The notes: generated from the sequence alone by a model not told the origin. A DNA stretch of 64,000 bases from Candidatus Moraniibacteriota bacterium (GCA_028695135.1 JAQVJM010000001.1:13718-77717); one strand, 5' to 3'. Shown: positions 10,250-18,707, numbered from the stretch's first letter. Numbers and translations are program-made.

Positions 10250-10663
10250 ATGCTATTGATGCCAAGAAAAGTTAAATATAGGAAAATGCACAGAGGCGGA
10301 GCCATAAGAGGAAAAGTTTCTCGGGGCGGATCCGTAAGTTTTGGCAGTTACGGACTCAAGGCTATGACGGGGGGGTTGATTTCTGCCAGGCAAATTGAGG
10401 CTGCCAGGCGGGCAATGACGAGACATATCCAGAGAGGCGGAAAAATATGGATAAGAATATTTCCCGATAAGCCAATGACCAAAAAAGGAGACGAGACTCC
10501 TATGGGTAAGGGTAAAGGAGCAGTGGATCATTATGTGGCCAAGATTAAGCCTGGGAAAGTTATGTTTGAGATGGATGGCATAGAAAGAGATGTAGCCCAA
10601 AAAGCTATGGAGCTGGCTTCGCATAAATTAAGCGTCAGAACCAAATTTATAGAAAAGAATTAA
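10250..10663 (+). CDS. rplP: 50S ribosomal protein L16
   Basis: [39 protein letters not shown] motifs. Confidence 0.99.
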   Translation: MLLMPRKVKYRKMHRGGAIRGKVSRGGSVSFGSYGLKAMTGGLISARQIEAARRAMTRHIQRGGKIWIRIFPDKPMTKKGDETPMGKGKGAVDHYVAKIKPGKVMFEMDGIERDVAQKAMELASHKLSVRTKFIEKN

Positions 10664-10697
10664 TAAATCAGCTTATAGCTTTTAGGATAATAATTAC

Positions 10698-10886
10698 ATG
10701 AAAGCCAAGGAATTAAGAGAAAAAAATATCAATGAATTGAAGCGCGAGCTCGAAGAGAAAAAAGAAATTGTGAGACAATTGCGGTTTGATATTTCGCTTA
10801 AGCAGGTTAAAGATCACCGAGAGATCAGAAATACAAAAAGAGAGATAGCCAGACTGATGACTATCATAAAGGAAAGAAGCGAATAA
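10698..10886 (+). CDS. rpmC: 50S ribosomal protein L29
   Basis: MKAKELRE...LRF...REIARLMT; operon position. Confidence 0.97.
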   Translation: MKAKELREKNINELKRELEEKKEIVRQLRFDISLKQVKDHREIRNTKREIARLMTIIKERSE

Positions 10887-10910
10887 TTTTTTAAATAATA
10901 ATTTTTAGAT

Positions 10911-11177
10911 ATGGAAAAAGAAGTGAAAAAAGGAGAAAAAATCCATAATGGAGCAGGAAAGAAAAAAATTACCGGAACAGTTATCAGCGATAAGATGGAG
11001 AAGACCATAGTAGTAGCTGTCGATATTTTTAAGACTCATCCTAAATATTTGAAGAAGTATAAATCCACCAAGAACTATAAAGTTCATGATGAGAAGAATA
11101 AATACAAAGTCGGCGATAAAGTTGAATTTACAAACTCCAAGCCGATCAGTAAGGGTAAGAGGTTTATTGTTTTATAA
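10911..11177 (+). CDS. rpsQ: 30S ribosomal protein S17
   Basis: GTVISDKMEKTIVV, HPKYLK, HDE, KPISK motifs. Confidence 0.98.
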   Translation: MEKEVKKGEKIHNGAGKKKITGTVISDKMEKTIVVAVDIFKTHPKYLKKYKSTKNYKVHDEKNKYKVGDKVEFTNSKPISKGKRFIVL

Positions 11178-11186
11178 AATCCCTTC

Positions 11187-11227
11187 CTGTCCGCAACGTT
11201 TATGCGCGTGCGTTGCAGGAGGGCGAA
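11187..11227 (-). repeat. 41-nt palindromic REP-like element, copy 3 (inverted)
   Basis: CTGTCCGCAACGTTTATGCGCGTGCGTTGCAGGAGGGCGAA; 33/41 match to the reverse complement of 8552-8592. Confidence 0.75.
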
Positions 11228-11320
11228 GTACGAATTTTTAAGGATGCACGAATGGGTATAAGGAAATAAGGGGAATCATAATTTATACTAAATTATTCGT
11301 AAATTTGTATAAATTTGTAA
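11221..11320. repeat. mirrored heptamer array
   Basis: GGCGAAG TACGAAT ttt TAAGGAT g CACGAAT ... ATTCGTA a ATTTGTA taa ATTTGTA. Confidence 0.75.
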
Positions 11321-11335
11321 TCTATAGAGAATAGT

Positions 11336-11701
11336 ATGATACAAGCAGAGACACAATTGAAAGTAGCAGACAATTCTGGAGCAAAAATTATTGAATGCTT
11401 CAAGGTTTTAGGCGGATCTAGAAGGCGGTATGCTTATATAGGCGATATTATTGTCGCTTCGGTCAAAGTTTCCGAGCCGAGAGGCGCAGTCAAAAAAGGC
11501 GACAAGGTCAGAGCGGTTATTGTGAGACAGAAGAAAAATTTTAGGAGAAAGGATGGTTCATATATAAGATTCGATGAGAACGCGGCGGTGATAGTGGACG
11601 GGATGGAGCCCAAAGGCAGCCGAATTTTCGGTCCGATTGCCAGAGAAATAAAGGAGAAAGGATTTAATAAGATCGCATCCCTGGCAGTTGAGGTATTGTA
11701 G
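11336..11701 (+). CDS. rplN: 50S ribosomal protein L14
   Basis: [31 protein letters not shown] motifs. Confidence 0.99.
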   Translation: MIQAETQLKVADNSGAKIIECFKVLGGSRRRYAYIGDIIVASVKVSEPRGAVKKGDKVRAVIVRQKKNFRRKDGSYIRFDENAAVIVDGMEPKGSRIFGPIAREIKEKGFNKIASLAVEVL

Positions 11702-11703
11702 CT

Positions 11704-11723
11704 CCTGCATGCCGGTAGGCAGG
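11704..11723. repeat. short palindromic element CCTGCATGCCGGTAGGCAGG
   Basis: 20-nt imperfect palindrome ending in GGCAGG like the 41-nt element; followed by ATTCGTA ATTTGTA units. Confidence 0.55.
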
Positions 11724-11753
11724 TATAAATTCGTAATTTGTAGAGAATATAAT

Positions 11754-12065
11754 ATGAGGATTAAAAAGAGCGATAAAGTAAAAATAATTCACGGAAAAGA
11801 TTCAGGAAAAGAAGGCAAGGTGTTGCGTGTTTTTAAAAGTGAAGGGAAAGTGGTTGTAGAAGGAGCAAATATCGCCAAAAAACATACTCGGCCGAAAAAA
11901 GAAGGTCAAAAAGGACAAAGAGTAGAAGTCGCGATGCCGATCGATGTCTCTAATGTCATGCTGGTATGCCCTCACTGCGGTAAAGTGACTCGGATTGGCT
12001 ATAAGGCAACTGATGGAAAGAAAAGCAGGATATGCAAGAAATGCAAAAAAGAAATAATCAGCTAA
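11754..12065 (+). CDS. rplX: 50S ribosomal protein L24 (CxxC...CxxC zinc-ribbon type)
   Basis: MRIKKSDKV, GKDSGKEGKV, VEGAN, SNVMLVCPHC motifs. Confidence 0.98.
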   Translation: MRIKKSDKVKIIHGKDSGKEGKVLRVFKSEGKVVVEGANIAKKHTRPKKEGQKGQRVEVAMPIDVSNVMLVCPHCGKVTRIGYKATDGKKSRICKKCKKEIIS

Positions 12066-12069
12066 AATT

Positions 12070-12642
12070 ATGAAAATTACGAATATTAAAATTAAATATA
12101 AGGAAGAGGCGGTAGCTAAGCTTAAGGATAGATTCGGATACAAGAATATTTTTTCTGTTCCCAGAATAGAAAAGGTAGTGGTTAATTCAGGAATCGGACG
12201 CTTTGAAAAAGAGAATGAAAAGATAAAAGATATAGTGGAAACCTTCAGAATGATTGCCGGGCAGAATCCCATTATGGCTAAAGCTCGAAAATCCATTTCC
12301 GGATTCAAGGTAAGGCAAGGCGCAGATGTTGGAGTGAAAGTTACATTAAGAGGAAAAAGAATGTGGGATTTTATAGATAAGATGGTGAACATTACTTTTC
12401 CGAGAACCAGGGATTTCCAAGGAATCAAATTAAGCAGCATCAGTTCCGAAGGGGATCTTAACCTGGGGATAAAAGAGCAGATAGTTTTTCCCGAGATAAC
12501 TCCGGAAGAAGTGAGGCATATTTTCAGTTTGCAGATAAATGTAAAGACTACCGCCAAGACCGCAGAAGAAGGGGAGGCTTTGTTCAGAGCGCTGGGATTT
12601 CCTCTAGTAGAAAAAAATAGTTTATATAGAATAAAAGATTAA
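12070..12642 (+). CDS. rplE: 50S ribosomal protein L5
   Basis: [29 protein letters not shown] motifs. Confidence 0.99.
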   Translation: MKITNIKIKYKEEAVAKLKDRFGYKNIFSVPRIEKVVVNSGIGRFEKENEKIKDIVETFRMIAGQNPIMAKARKSISGFKVRQGADVGVKVTLRGKRMWDFIDKMVNITFPRTRDFQGIKLSSISSEGDLNLGIKEQIVFPEITPEEVRHIFSLQINVKTTAKTAEEGEALFRALGFPLVEKNSLYRIKD

Positions 12643-12646
12643 TTTT

Positions 12647-12832
12647 ATGGCAAAAACATCAGTGATAGCCAAGGCTAAAAAAACTCCTAAATTTTCCACC
12701 CGAAAAGTGAGACGTTGCTGGAGATGCGGAAGGAAGCGGGGATATATGAGGAAATTCGACATTTGCAGAATTTGTTTCCGCGAATTGGCAAGCAAAGGAG
12801 AAATTCCGGGAGTCAAGAAGAGCAGCTGGTAA
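12647..12832 (+). CDS. rpsZ: 30S ribosomal protein S14 type Z (zinc-binding, 61 aa)
   Basis: RCWRCGR...CRICFRELA...[11 protein letters not shown]. Confidence 0.98.
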   Translation: MAKTSVIAKAKKTPKFSTRKVRRCWRCGRKRGYMRKFDICRICFRELASKGEIPGVKKSSW

Positions 12833-12834
12833 AA

Positions 12835-12895
12835 AACATGTAACCTATAACGCATAACGTGGATCGTTTCACGCTTCACGATATGCGATTTACGA
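12835..12895. repeat. mirrored period-7 array (CATAACG type)
   Basis: TGTAACC TATAACG CATAACG ... CGTTTCA CGCTTCA CGATATG CGATTTA. Confidence 0.7.
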
Positions 12896-12904
12896 CAACA
12901 AAGT

Positions 12905-13312
12905 ATGTTAGATCCAATTAGCGATATGTTAACAAGAATAAGAAATGCTCAGAAATCGGGTCATGCCGAGGTGTTTTTTCCTGCTTCAAAGTTCAAAGAG
13001 TCCATAATTAAGATACTTATGAAAAAGGGATTTGTAAACGATATGGATAAAATTGAGGGGAAGAGTTTCGACACGCTTAAGCTTTTTTTGAAATATGAAA
13101 GGGAAGAAAATTCCAGCAGATTGAGACCGGCTATCAATGAGATAAAAAGGATCAGCAAAGAAGGTCAAAGGATCTATGTGGACAGTAAGGGCATCAGAAA
13201 AGTTAAAAATGGGCGCGGGGTTTTGATCGTTTCCACTTCTCAGGGAGTAATGAGCGGAGAAGAAGCTAGAAAAAAAGGAGTGGGAGGAGAAATAATCTGC
13301 GAAGTTTGGTAA
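12905..13312 (+). CDS. rpsH: 30S ribosomal protein S8
   Basis: DPISDMLTRIRNA, IVSTSQGVM, GGEIICEVW motifs. Confidence 0.99.
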   Translation: MLDPISDMLTRIRNAQKSGHAEVFFPASKFKESIIKILMKKGFVNDMDKIEGKSFDTLKLFLKYEREENSSRLRPAINEIKRISKEGQRIYVDSKGIRKVKNGRGVLIVSTSQGVMSGEEARKKGVGGEIICEVW

Positions 13313-13318
13313 ATTAAT

Positions 13319-13377
13319 CATATAGCGCGTAGCGCACGACCTGGAACGTTCCGGGTTATGCGATATGCGATTCGAGA
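13319..13377. repeat. mirrored period-7 array
   Basis: TATAGCG CGTAGCG CACGACC TGGAACGTTCCG GGTTATG CGATATG CGATTCG. Confidence 0.65.
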
Positions 13378-13383
13378 TAAAAT

Positions 13384-13926
13384 ATGTCTAGAATAGGAAA
13401 AAAGCCAATTGAAATACCTTCCGGAGTGCAGATAGAAATAAAGGATAACAGGATAAAAGTTTCCGGTCCCAAGGGTTCTTTGGAGATGATGATTGTTTAT
13501 GAAGTAAAGGTAGAATTGAAGGATAACGCTGTTATTGTAGATCGCAAGCAAAAAAGCAAGAGAGCTTCCGCTATGTGGGGAACGACCAATAGGCTCATAT
13601 CCAATATGATAAAAGGCGTGACTGAAGGTTTTGAAAAGAGGCTTGAGCTTAACGGCGTAGGCTACAGAATGGCGGTTAAGGGAAATCAGCTCGATCTGGC
13701 TCTGGGATTTTCTCATCCTGTTTTGATCGATATTCCGGAAGGAATTACGGCCAAGATAGAGGAAGGAGCCTTATCCATATCGGGAGCGGACAAGCAAGCG
13801 GTCGGACAATTTGCCGCTGAAGTGAGGGGGCTTAAGCCGGTTGAGCCTTACAAGGGAAAAGGATTTAAATATTCCGATGAGATAGTTCGAAGGAAGGAAG
13901 GCAAGAAGGCTGTTGCCGGAGAATAA
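13384..13926 (+). CDS. rplF: 50S ribosomal protein L6
   Basis: MSRIGKKPI, GVGYR, LGFSHP, EPYKGKG motifs. Confidence 0.99.
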   Translation: MSRIGKKPIEIPSGVQIEIKDNRIKVSGPKGSLEMMIVYEVKVELKDNAVIVDRKQKSKRASAMWGTTNRLISNMIKGVTEGFEKRLELNGVGYRMAVKGNQLDLALGFSHPVLIDIPEGITAKIEEGALSISGADKQAVGQFAAEVRGLKPVEPYKGKGFKYSDEIVRRKEGKKAVAGE

Positions 13927-14013
13927 AATAGTTAAAAGCAGACAGTTTGCAGTTCACATAAGATAATAAGAACCGTGAATCGCTGACTGATAATAACCAA
14001 GAACCAAAATATT

Positions 14014-14352
14014 ATGAGTAGAAATATCAATAGATTGCGCAGACAAAAAAGAATACGCGCCAAGGTTTCCGGCACTGTTCGAAAGCCTCGCCTATCCGTG
14101 TTCAAGAGCCTTACGGAAATGTATATACAGATCATCGATGATGAAAGCGGAAAAACAATCCTGAGCGCCAGCCTGAGCGAAGTCTCCAAGAAGAATAATT
14201 TGGAAGGTGCCAAAAAATTAGGAAAGCTTGTGGCCGAAAAATGCAAAAAAGCCAAGATAGAAGAGATAGTTTTTGATAGAGGGGGATATAAATATCACGG
14301 AAAAGTGAAAGCGGTGGCGGAAGAAGCGAGAAAGAGCGGGTTAAAATTTTAA
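14014..14352 (+). CDS. rplR: 50S ribosomal protein L18
   Basis: PRLSVFKS, FDRGGYKYHGKVKA motifs. Confidence 0.99.
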   Translation: MSRNINRLRRQKRIRAKVSGTVRKPRLSVFKSLTEMYIQIIDDESGKTILSASLSEVSKKNNLEGAKKLGKLVAEKCKKAKIEEIVFDRGGYKYHGKVKAVAEEARKSGLKF

Positions 14353-14356
14353 AAAT

Positions 14357-14453
14357 CCACGAATTTACAAATCTGCTACAAATCTACAAATAAGATAATA
14401 TGTGATATAAAATGTCTAATTTGTATATATGTAAGAGATTTGTATATTTGCGG
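14357..14453. repeat. mirrored heptamer array (clearest 4+4 example)
   Basis: CACGAAT t TACAAAT ctgc TACAAAT c TACAAAT ... ATTTGTA t ATATGTA agag ATTTGTA t ATTTGCG. Confidence 0.88.
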
Positions 14454-14470
14454 GGATAATTTCATATTTT

Positions 14471-14986
14471 ATGGATAAAGATAATAATAAATCGAGAAAA
14501 TTTAAATCTAGGAGGCCAAGAAGAGAAAAGCCTGAATTCGAGCAGAAGCTTTTGGATTTGGCCAGAGTTACTCGCGTGGTGAAAGGCGGACGCCGTTTCA
14601 GTTTTCGCGCCACGATGGTTATCGGTGATAGGAAAGGACGAGTGGGAGCAGGAGTGGGCAAAGGAACAGATGTTTCTATCGCGATCGGCAAAGCAGTCAA
14701 CGATGCTAAAAAGAACATGATAAGCATAGATGCGAGCCAAGGAACAATTTTTCATGACGTGAAAGCTAAACTGGGAAGCGCCAGAGTGATGCTTAAGCCG
14801 GCCAGGGAAGGACGCGGAATCGTGGCTGGAGGAGCGGTGAGAGCCGTTATTGATCTGGCGGGATTAAAAGATATCGTTTCCAAATCCCAAGGATCGGCCA
14901 ATAAGCTCAACGTGGCCAGGGCGACGGTCATGGCGCTCAAGGGAATCAAAGAGCCCGGGAAAGTATTAGAGAAAAAAGAGAAATAG
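14471..14986 (+). CDS. rpsE: 30S ribosomal protein S5
   Basis: RVTRVVKGGRRFSF, GIVAGGAVRAV motifs. Confidence 0.99.
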   Translation: MDKDNNKSRKFKSRRPRREKPEFEQKLLDLARVTRVVKGGRRFSFRATMVIGDRKGRVGAGVGKGTDVSIAIGKAVNDAKKNMISIDASQGTIFHDVKAKLGSARVMLKPAREGRGIVAGGAVRAVIDLAGLKDIVSKSQGSANKLNVARATVMALKGIKEPGKVLEKKEK

Positions 14987-15004
14987 TCATTCGAGGCTTA
15001 CTCC

Positions 15005-15155
15005 ATCCCGCAACTGGTTCCGAGAAGATCTGAAGGCAGGCGGAAGATATATCAAAGCGCCTTCACAAAGTTGCGGTTTGGAATTAATTTATATATAAAG
15101 ATCGGTCAGCGGATCAGTGCGGGATGCTTATTTTTATGGTCACTCGCTCTGCTCG
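15005..15155 (+). repeat. long-hairpin element copy 2 (at the position usually held by rpmD)
   Basis: ATCCCGCAAC...GTGCGGGATGCTTATTTTT...CTCGCTCTGCTCG; same termini as 5556-5696. Confidence 0.6.
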
Positions 15156-15169
15156 CGGAAAAAAATGGC

Positions 15170-15697
15170 ATGCAGATACATGAATTAAAAGTTAAAGGCA
15201 AAAAGTCCCGCAAAAGGATCGGAAGAGGCGGGAAAAGAGGTACGTATTCGGGCAAAGGGATGAAGGGTCAAAAGGCCAGATCCGGAGGAAATGTCGATCC
15301 TCTCTTTGAAGGCGGACGGACAACGCTCATAGATAAGTTAAAGAAAGTTCGCGGATTTAAGGCTATTGTTGCCAAAAAGAGCGTGGTTAATCTGGAAATT
15401 ATCGACAAAAAGTTTAAAAATGGAGATACAGTAAGCTTAAATGCTCTCGTAGAAGCCGGAGCGGTTCAAAAGAGCAAAGCCGGAAGAGGAGTTAAAATTC
15501 TTGGGAATGGAAAATTGAAGAAAAAACTTTATATTGATAAAGAAATATTGTTATCGAAATCTGCCAAAGAAGCTATTGAGAAAGCCGGGGGTAGCATCGG
15601 CAAAAAATTGGCAAGCGGTAAGGAGAAAGGAAAAATGAAAGAGAAGCCGTCAGGCGAGCCGGCTAAAAAGACGGAGAAAAGAACAGCTAAAAAATAA
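15170..15697 (+). CDS. rplO: 50S ribosomal protein L15 with basic C-terminal tail
   Basis: RIGRGGKRGTYSGKGMKGQKARSG, FEGG, VKILGNG, IEKAGG motifs; start ATG 15170. Confidence 0.98.
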   Translation: MQIHELKVKGKKSRKRIGRGGKRGTYSGKGMKGQKARSGGNVDPLFEGGRTTLIDKLKKVRGFKAIVAKKSVVNLEIIDKKFKNGDTVSLNALVEAGAVQKSKAGRGVKILGNGKLKKKLYIDKEILLSKSAKEAIEKAGGSIGKKLASGKEKGKMKEKPSGEPAKKTEKRTAKK

Positions 15698-15701
15698 TTT
15701 C

Positions 15702-15729
15702 AGACAGCCCTTAAATGGGCTGTTTTCTT
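15702..15729 (+). terminator. intrinsic terminator ending the r-protein cluster
   Basis: AGACAGCCC-TTAAAT-GGGCTGTTTTCTT. Confidence 0.75.
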
Positions 15730-15742
15730 GTTTTAAATACGA

Positions 15743-15789
15743 AATTAAACGGCCAAATCAATTAATTTAATTGATTTGGCCGTTTAATT
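15743..15789. repeat. perfect 47-bp palindrome
   Basis: AATTAAACGGCCAAATCAATTAA-T-TTAATTGATTTGGCCGTTTAATT (23-nt arms, 1-nt centre). Confidence 0.95.
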
Positions 15790-15856
15790 CCGTCTTTTTC
15801 CGGTTGAAAAAGAGTTTTTTTAGTGATATATTAAGATCACAATATGATAAGTCTAG

Positions 15857-16255
15857 ATGAAAAATATGAAAATTAAAAAAGAAAATAGTTATTATATAAA
15901 TCCTGAGAATTTGCATGACCCCAATTTCGATAAAGGGAAAAATGCTTCTATCGCTTATGAAAGGATGGAAAGGCTGCAAAAAATTTTAAAAGAAATAAAT
16001 GAGCATATGGGATTAAAGAAAGCCTTTATCCTGGATCTGGAAAAAAGTTTTTTGAGTTTAAAGGATGATCCTTCACGTGCCGGCGCCATGGAGGAGATGG
16101 AAAAAGTCATAGAGGATGGTAGGAATGAGCTTGAGGATTTGGAGCAAAAGTCGCAGATCCTCGGAAAGATGATAACGAGTTATTTTTTGGCGCATTCGAC
16201 ACAGGAAAGTATCCTGGATAAATCAATTGACGAAAATACGGATACTGAAAATTAA
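15857..16255 (+). CDS. hypothetical protein (coiled-coil-like)
   Basis: 132-aa ORF with host-like composition; no recognised motif. Confidence 0.6.
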   Translation: MKNMKIKKENSYYINPENLHDPNFDKGKNASIAYERMERLQKILKEINEHMGLKKAFILDLEKSFLSLKDDPSRAGAMEEMEKVIEDGRNELEDLEQKSQILGKMITSYFLAHSTQESILDKSIDENTDTEN

Positions 16256-16355
16256 AATCCGATTCAGCGAATTATTCTTTGGGTTATTTTTCGTTTCTAA
16301 TTTCAAATCGATCTTTTCACAAGCAATCGGGCAAAAATATTTTTGAATAAAAAAT

Positions 16356-16742
16356 ATGAAAATTTTCAAAAGGGTCGCCATTATTTTTGCTATATTTATA
16401 ATCGTTCTCGCCCTAGGATGTTTTTTAGGCATTTTTTTCTATGTAAAAAAGACTTGCGATCGGGCCGAGGATAGGTATGGGGAAGGATGCCAAAATGCGC
16501 TCATAGCGGTTATGGAGGACGATAAGTCTTCAGCCAGAGAGAAAAACGACGCCATCTGGGCGATGGGACAGATGGCCGATCAAGAGTTTCTGGAAACTTT
16601 GGAAAAATTTTATGCCGGATCGGTTCCGGAAGGAAGGGAACCTCTGGATGAAGTCGTGAGCCAATACGAGATTAAAAAAGCCATCCGCTGGATAAACGAG
16701 GGAAACATAACCAGTTGGATGTATGGATGGATAAAGAAATAA
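16356..16742 (+). CDS. membrane-anchored HEAT-repeat-like protein
   Basis: N-terminal TM helix; EKNDAIWAMGQMAD resembles a HEAT/PBS repeat. Confidence 0.65.
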   Translation: MKIFKRVAIIFAIFIIVLALGCFLGIFFYVKKTCDRAEDRYGEGCQNALIAVMEDDKSSAREKNDAIWAMGQMADQEFLETLEKFYAGSVPEGREPLDEVVSQYEIKKAIRWINEGNITSWMYGWIKK

Positions 16743-16808
16743 ACATATAAAAAGCACAAGAAATGTGGCGTAAATTGACGGTCGTAGGATTACTGTACAG
16801 CTAAAATT

Positions 16809-17093
16809 ATGAAACATCTCGATATAAAAATTTTTGGGAGAGTGCAAGGAGTGTTTTTCAGGATTTCCGCCCGAAAGAAAGCTGAAAAGTTGGGAATTTC
16901 CGGATACGTCAAGAATATGGAGGACAAGACTGTTAAAATCGAGGCGGAAGGAGAGGAGGAAAATTTAAAAAATTTTTTAGATTGGTGCAGGAAGGGTCCG
17001 TTGATGGCCAAAGTTTCAAGATTGGATCATGAAGAAAGCGAAGACATTAAAGGATATAAAGGATTTGAGATAGAATATAAAACAACGGATTGA
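16809..17093 (+). CDS. acyP: acylphosphatase
   Basis: GRVQGVFFR signature, GYVKN, GP motif. Confidence 0.96.
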   Translation: MKHLDIKIFGRVQGVFFRISARKKAEKLGISGYVKNMEDKTVKIEAEGEEENLKNFLDWCRKGPLMAKVSRLDHEESEDIKGYKGFEIEYKTTD

Positions 17094-17165
17094 TTCAGAT
17101 GCGGTTGTAATGATTAAATATGAAATGATGTAATAATAAATTATATAATTTTATAGTTAGAAAAT

Positions 17166-18686
17166 ATGCTTCCAAAAACCATCCGATCATTATGGACGGC
17201 GACAACGCCCGAGACGGATTATCCGGAGCTGAGCTCGGAGATCGAAGCGGATGTGGCGATAGTCGGCGGGGGAATGGCCGGCCTCAGCGCCGCTTATTTT
17301 TTGGCGAAAGAAAATTTCAAGGTGGCCGTGATAGAATCTTCCAGGATCGCCACAGGCACTTCCGGAAATACGACAGCCAAGGTGACATCCCAGCATAATC
17401 TGAAATATGCTTTTTTGAAAAAGCATTTCGGATCGAGAAAAGCCCGGATCTATGCTGATTCTAACCAGTGGGCTATTGCGGAAACGGAGAGGATAATCCG
17501 AGAAGAAAAAATAGATTGTGATTTCACGCGCTCTCCAGCCTATGTTTATGCGCTTACGGATGAAGGATTTGAAGATATAAAGAGAGAAAACAGGATCTGC
17601 CAAGAGCTGGGACTACCTTCATCAGTAGTTGAAGAAGTAGAATCGATCCCTTTTCCGATCAGAGGCGCCATAAAATTTGAAAATCAAGCCTATTTCCATC
17701 CCCGCAAGTATCTTCTGGCGCTGGCAGATAAGATAACTGATAAGGGAGGAAAGATTTTTGAAAATACGGAAGCTGTAAGTATCAGATCAGGGAAAAATCC
17801 GGCTGTTATTACCGCAAAAGGGAATATAAGGGCGGATCATATAATAGTAGCGACAAATTATCCGTTTTTTGACAGAGGCTTATTTTCTCTGCGCACGAGC
17901 CAGTCGCGCTCATACGGTTTGGCGGCTAACCCGGGAAATTCCTGTCCAGAAGGGATGTTCATTAATAACGAAGGCGAAGTTTTTTCTTTCCGTCATCATA
18001 AGTCGGGAGAAAAAAACTGGATTATTGTCGGAGGGGAAAACCATATTGCCGGAGAAGAAGAGGGGAAAGACCATTTTTCCAGTTTGGAGAAGTCAGCAGG
18101 CCAAAAGCTTATGGTTGGGAATGTGGAATATATTTGGTCGGCGCAAGACAGTATATCGATCGACGGCGTTCCGTTCATAGGAAAGATGCCGAATGCTGAA
18201 AATGTCTATGTTACGACAGGCTATGGCAAATGGGGGATGACGACCAGCTTAGTTTCAGCTAAGATTCTTGCGGATTCGATTATGGGAAAAAATAGCGAAT
18301 GGATGAATCTGTATAGCCCGCTGAGATTCAATTTTACCGCTTCTTTTTCCGAACTGTTTGATCTCATAAGGCGCGTGAGCAGGAGCTATTTCCGATATAT
18401 CAGGAAAGACAAGTCCGAATTGTCAGAGCCGGATCTTGATGAAGGGAGAATCATCGCATCGAAAGGTAAAAAAATTGCTGTGTATAAAGATAAATCAGGC
18501 AATATCCATTCCTATTCGGCGGTCTGTACTCATCTAGGATGCATAGTTTCTTGGAATAGTTCCGAAAAGACCTGGGACTGTCCGTGTCACGGATCGCGTT
18601 TCGATAAAGATGGAAAAGTTATCCATGGGCCGGCGAGACGTTCATTGCCGGAAATGGATATGGAGGGCGTTGAAAAAGAGTCTTAA
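17166..18686 (+). CDS. FAD-dependent oxidoreductase (DAO family) fused to C-terminal Rieske [2Fe-2S] domain
   Basis: GGGMAG dinucleotide-binding motif; CTHLGC and CPCHGSRF Rieske ligands. Confidence 0.93.
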   Translation: MLPKTIRSLWTATTPETDYPELSSEIEADVAIVGGGMAGLSAAYFLAKENFKVAVIESSRIATGTSGNTTAKVTSQHNLKYAFLKKHFGSRKARIYADSNQWAIAETERIIREEKIDCDFTRSPAYVYALTDEGFEDIKRENRICQELGLPSSVVEEVESIPFPIRGAIKFENQAYFHPRKYLLALADKITDKGGKIFENTEAVSIRSGKNPAVITAKGNIRADHIIVATNYPFFDRGLFSLRTSQSRSYGLAANPGNSCPEGMFINNEGEVFSFRHHKSGEKNWIIVGGENHIAGEEEGKDHFSSLEKSAGQKLMVGNVEYIWSAQDSISIDGVPFIGKMPNAENVYVTTGYGKWGMTTSLVSAKILADSIMGKNSEWMNLYSPLRFNFTASFSELFDLIRRVSRSYFRYIRKDKSELSEPDLDEGRIIASKGKKIAVYKDKSGNIHSYSAVCTHLGCIVSWNSSEKTWDCPCHGSRFDKDGKVIHGPARRSLPEMDMEGVEKES

Positions 18687-18707
18687 TAATTTTTTAATTT
18701 TCAAAAT

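Noticed and set aside
14987-15169. Missing rpmD (L30) as a novelty, and the 33-aa N-terminal extension of the L15 ORF
   Set aside because: L30 loss is a known CPR trait; the extension comes from an upstream TTG within the hairpin element, and the probable start is ATG 15170.
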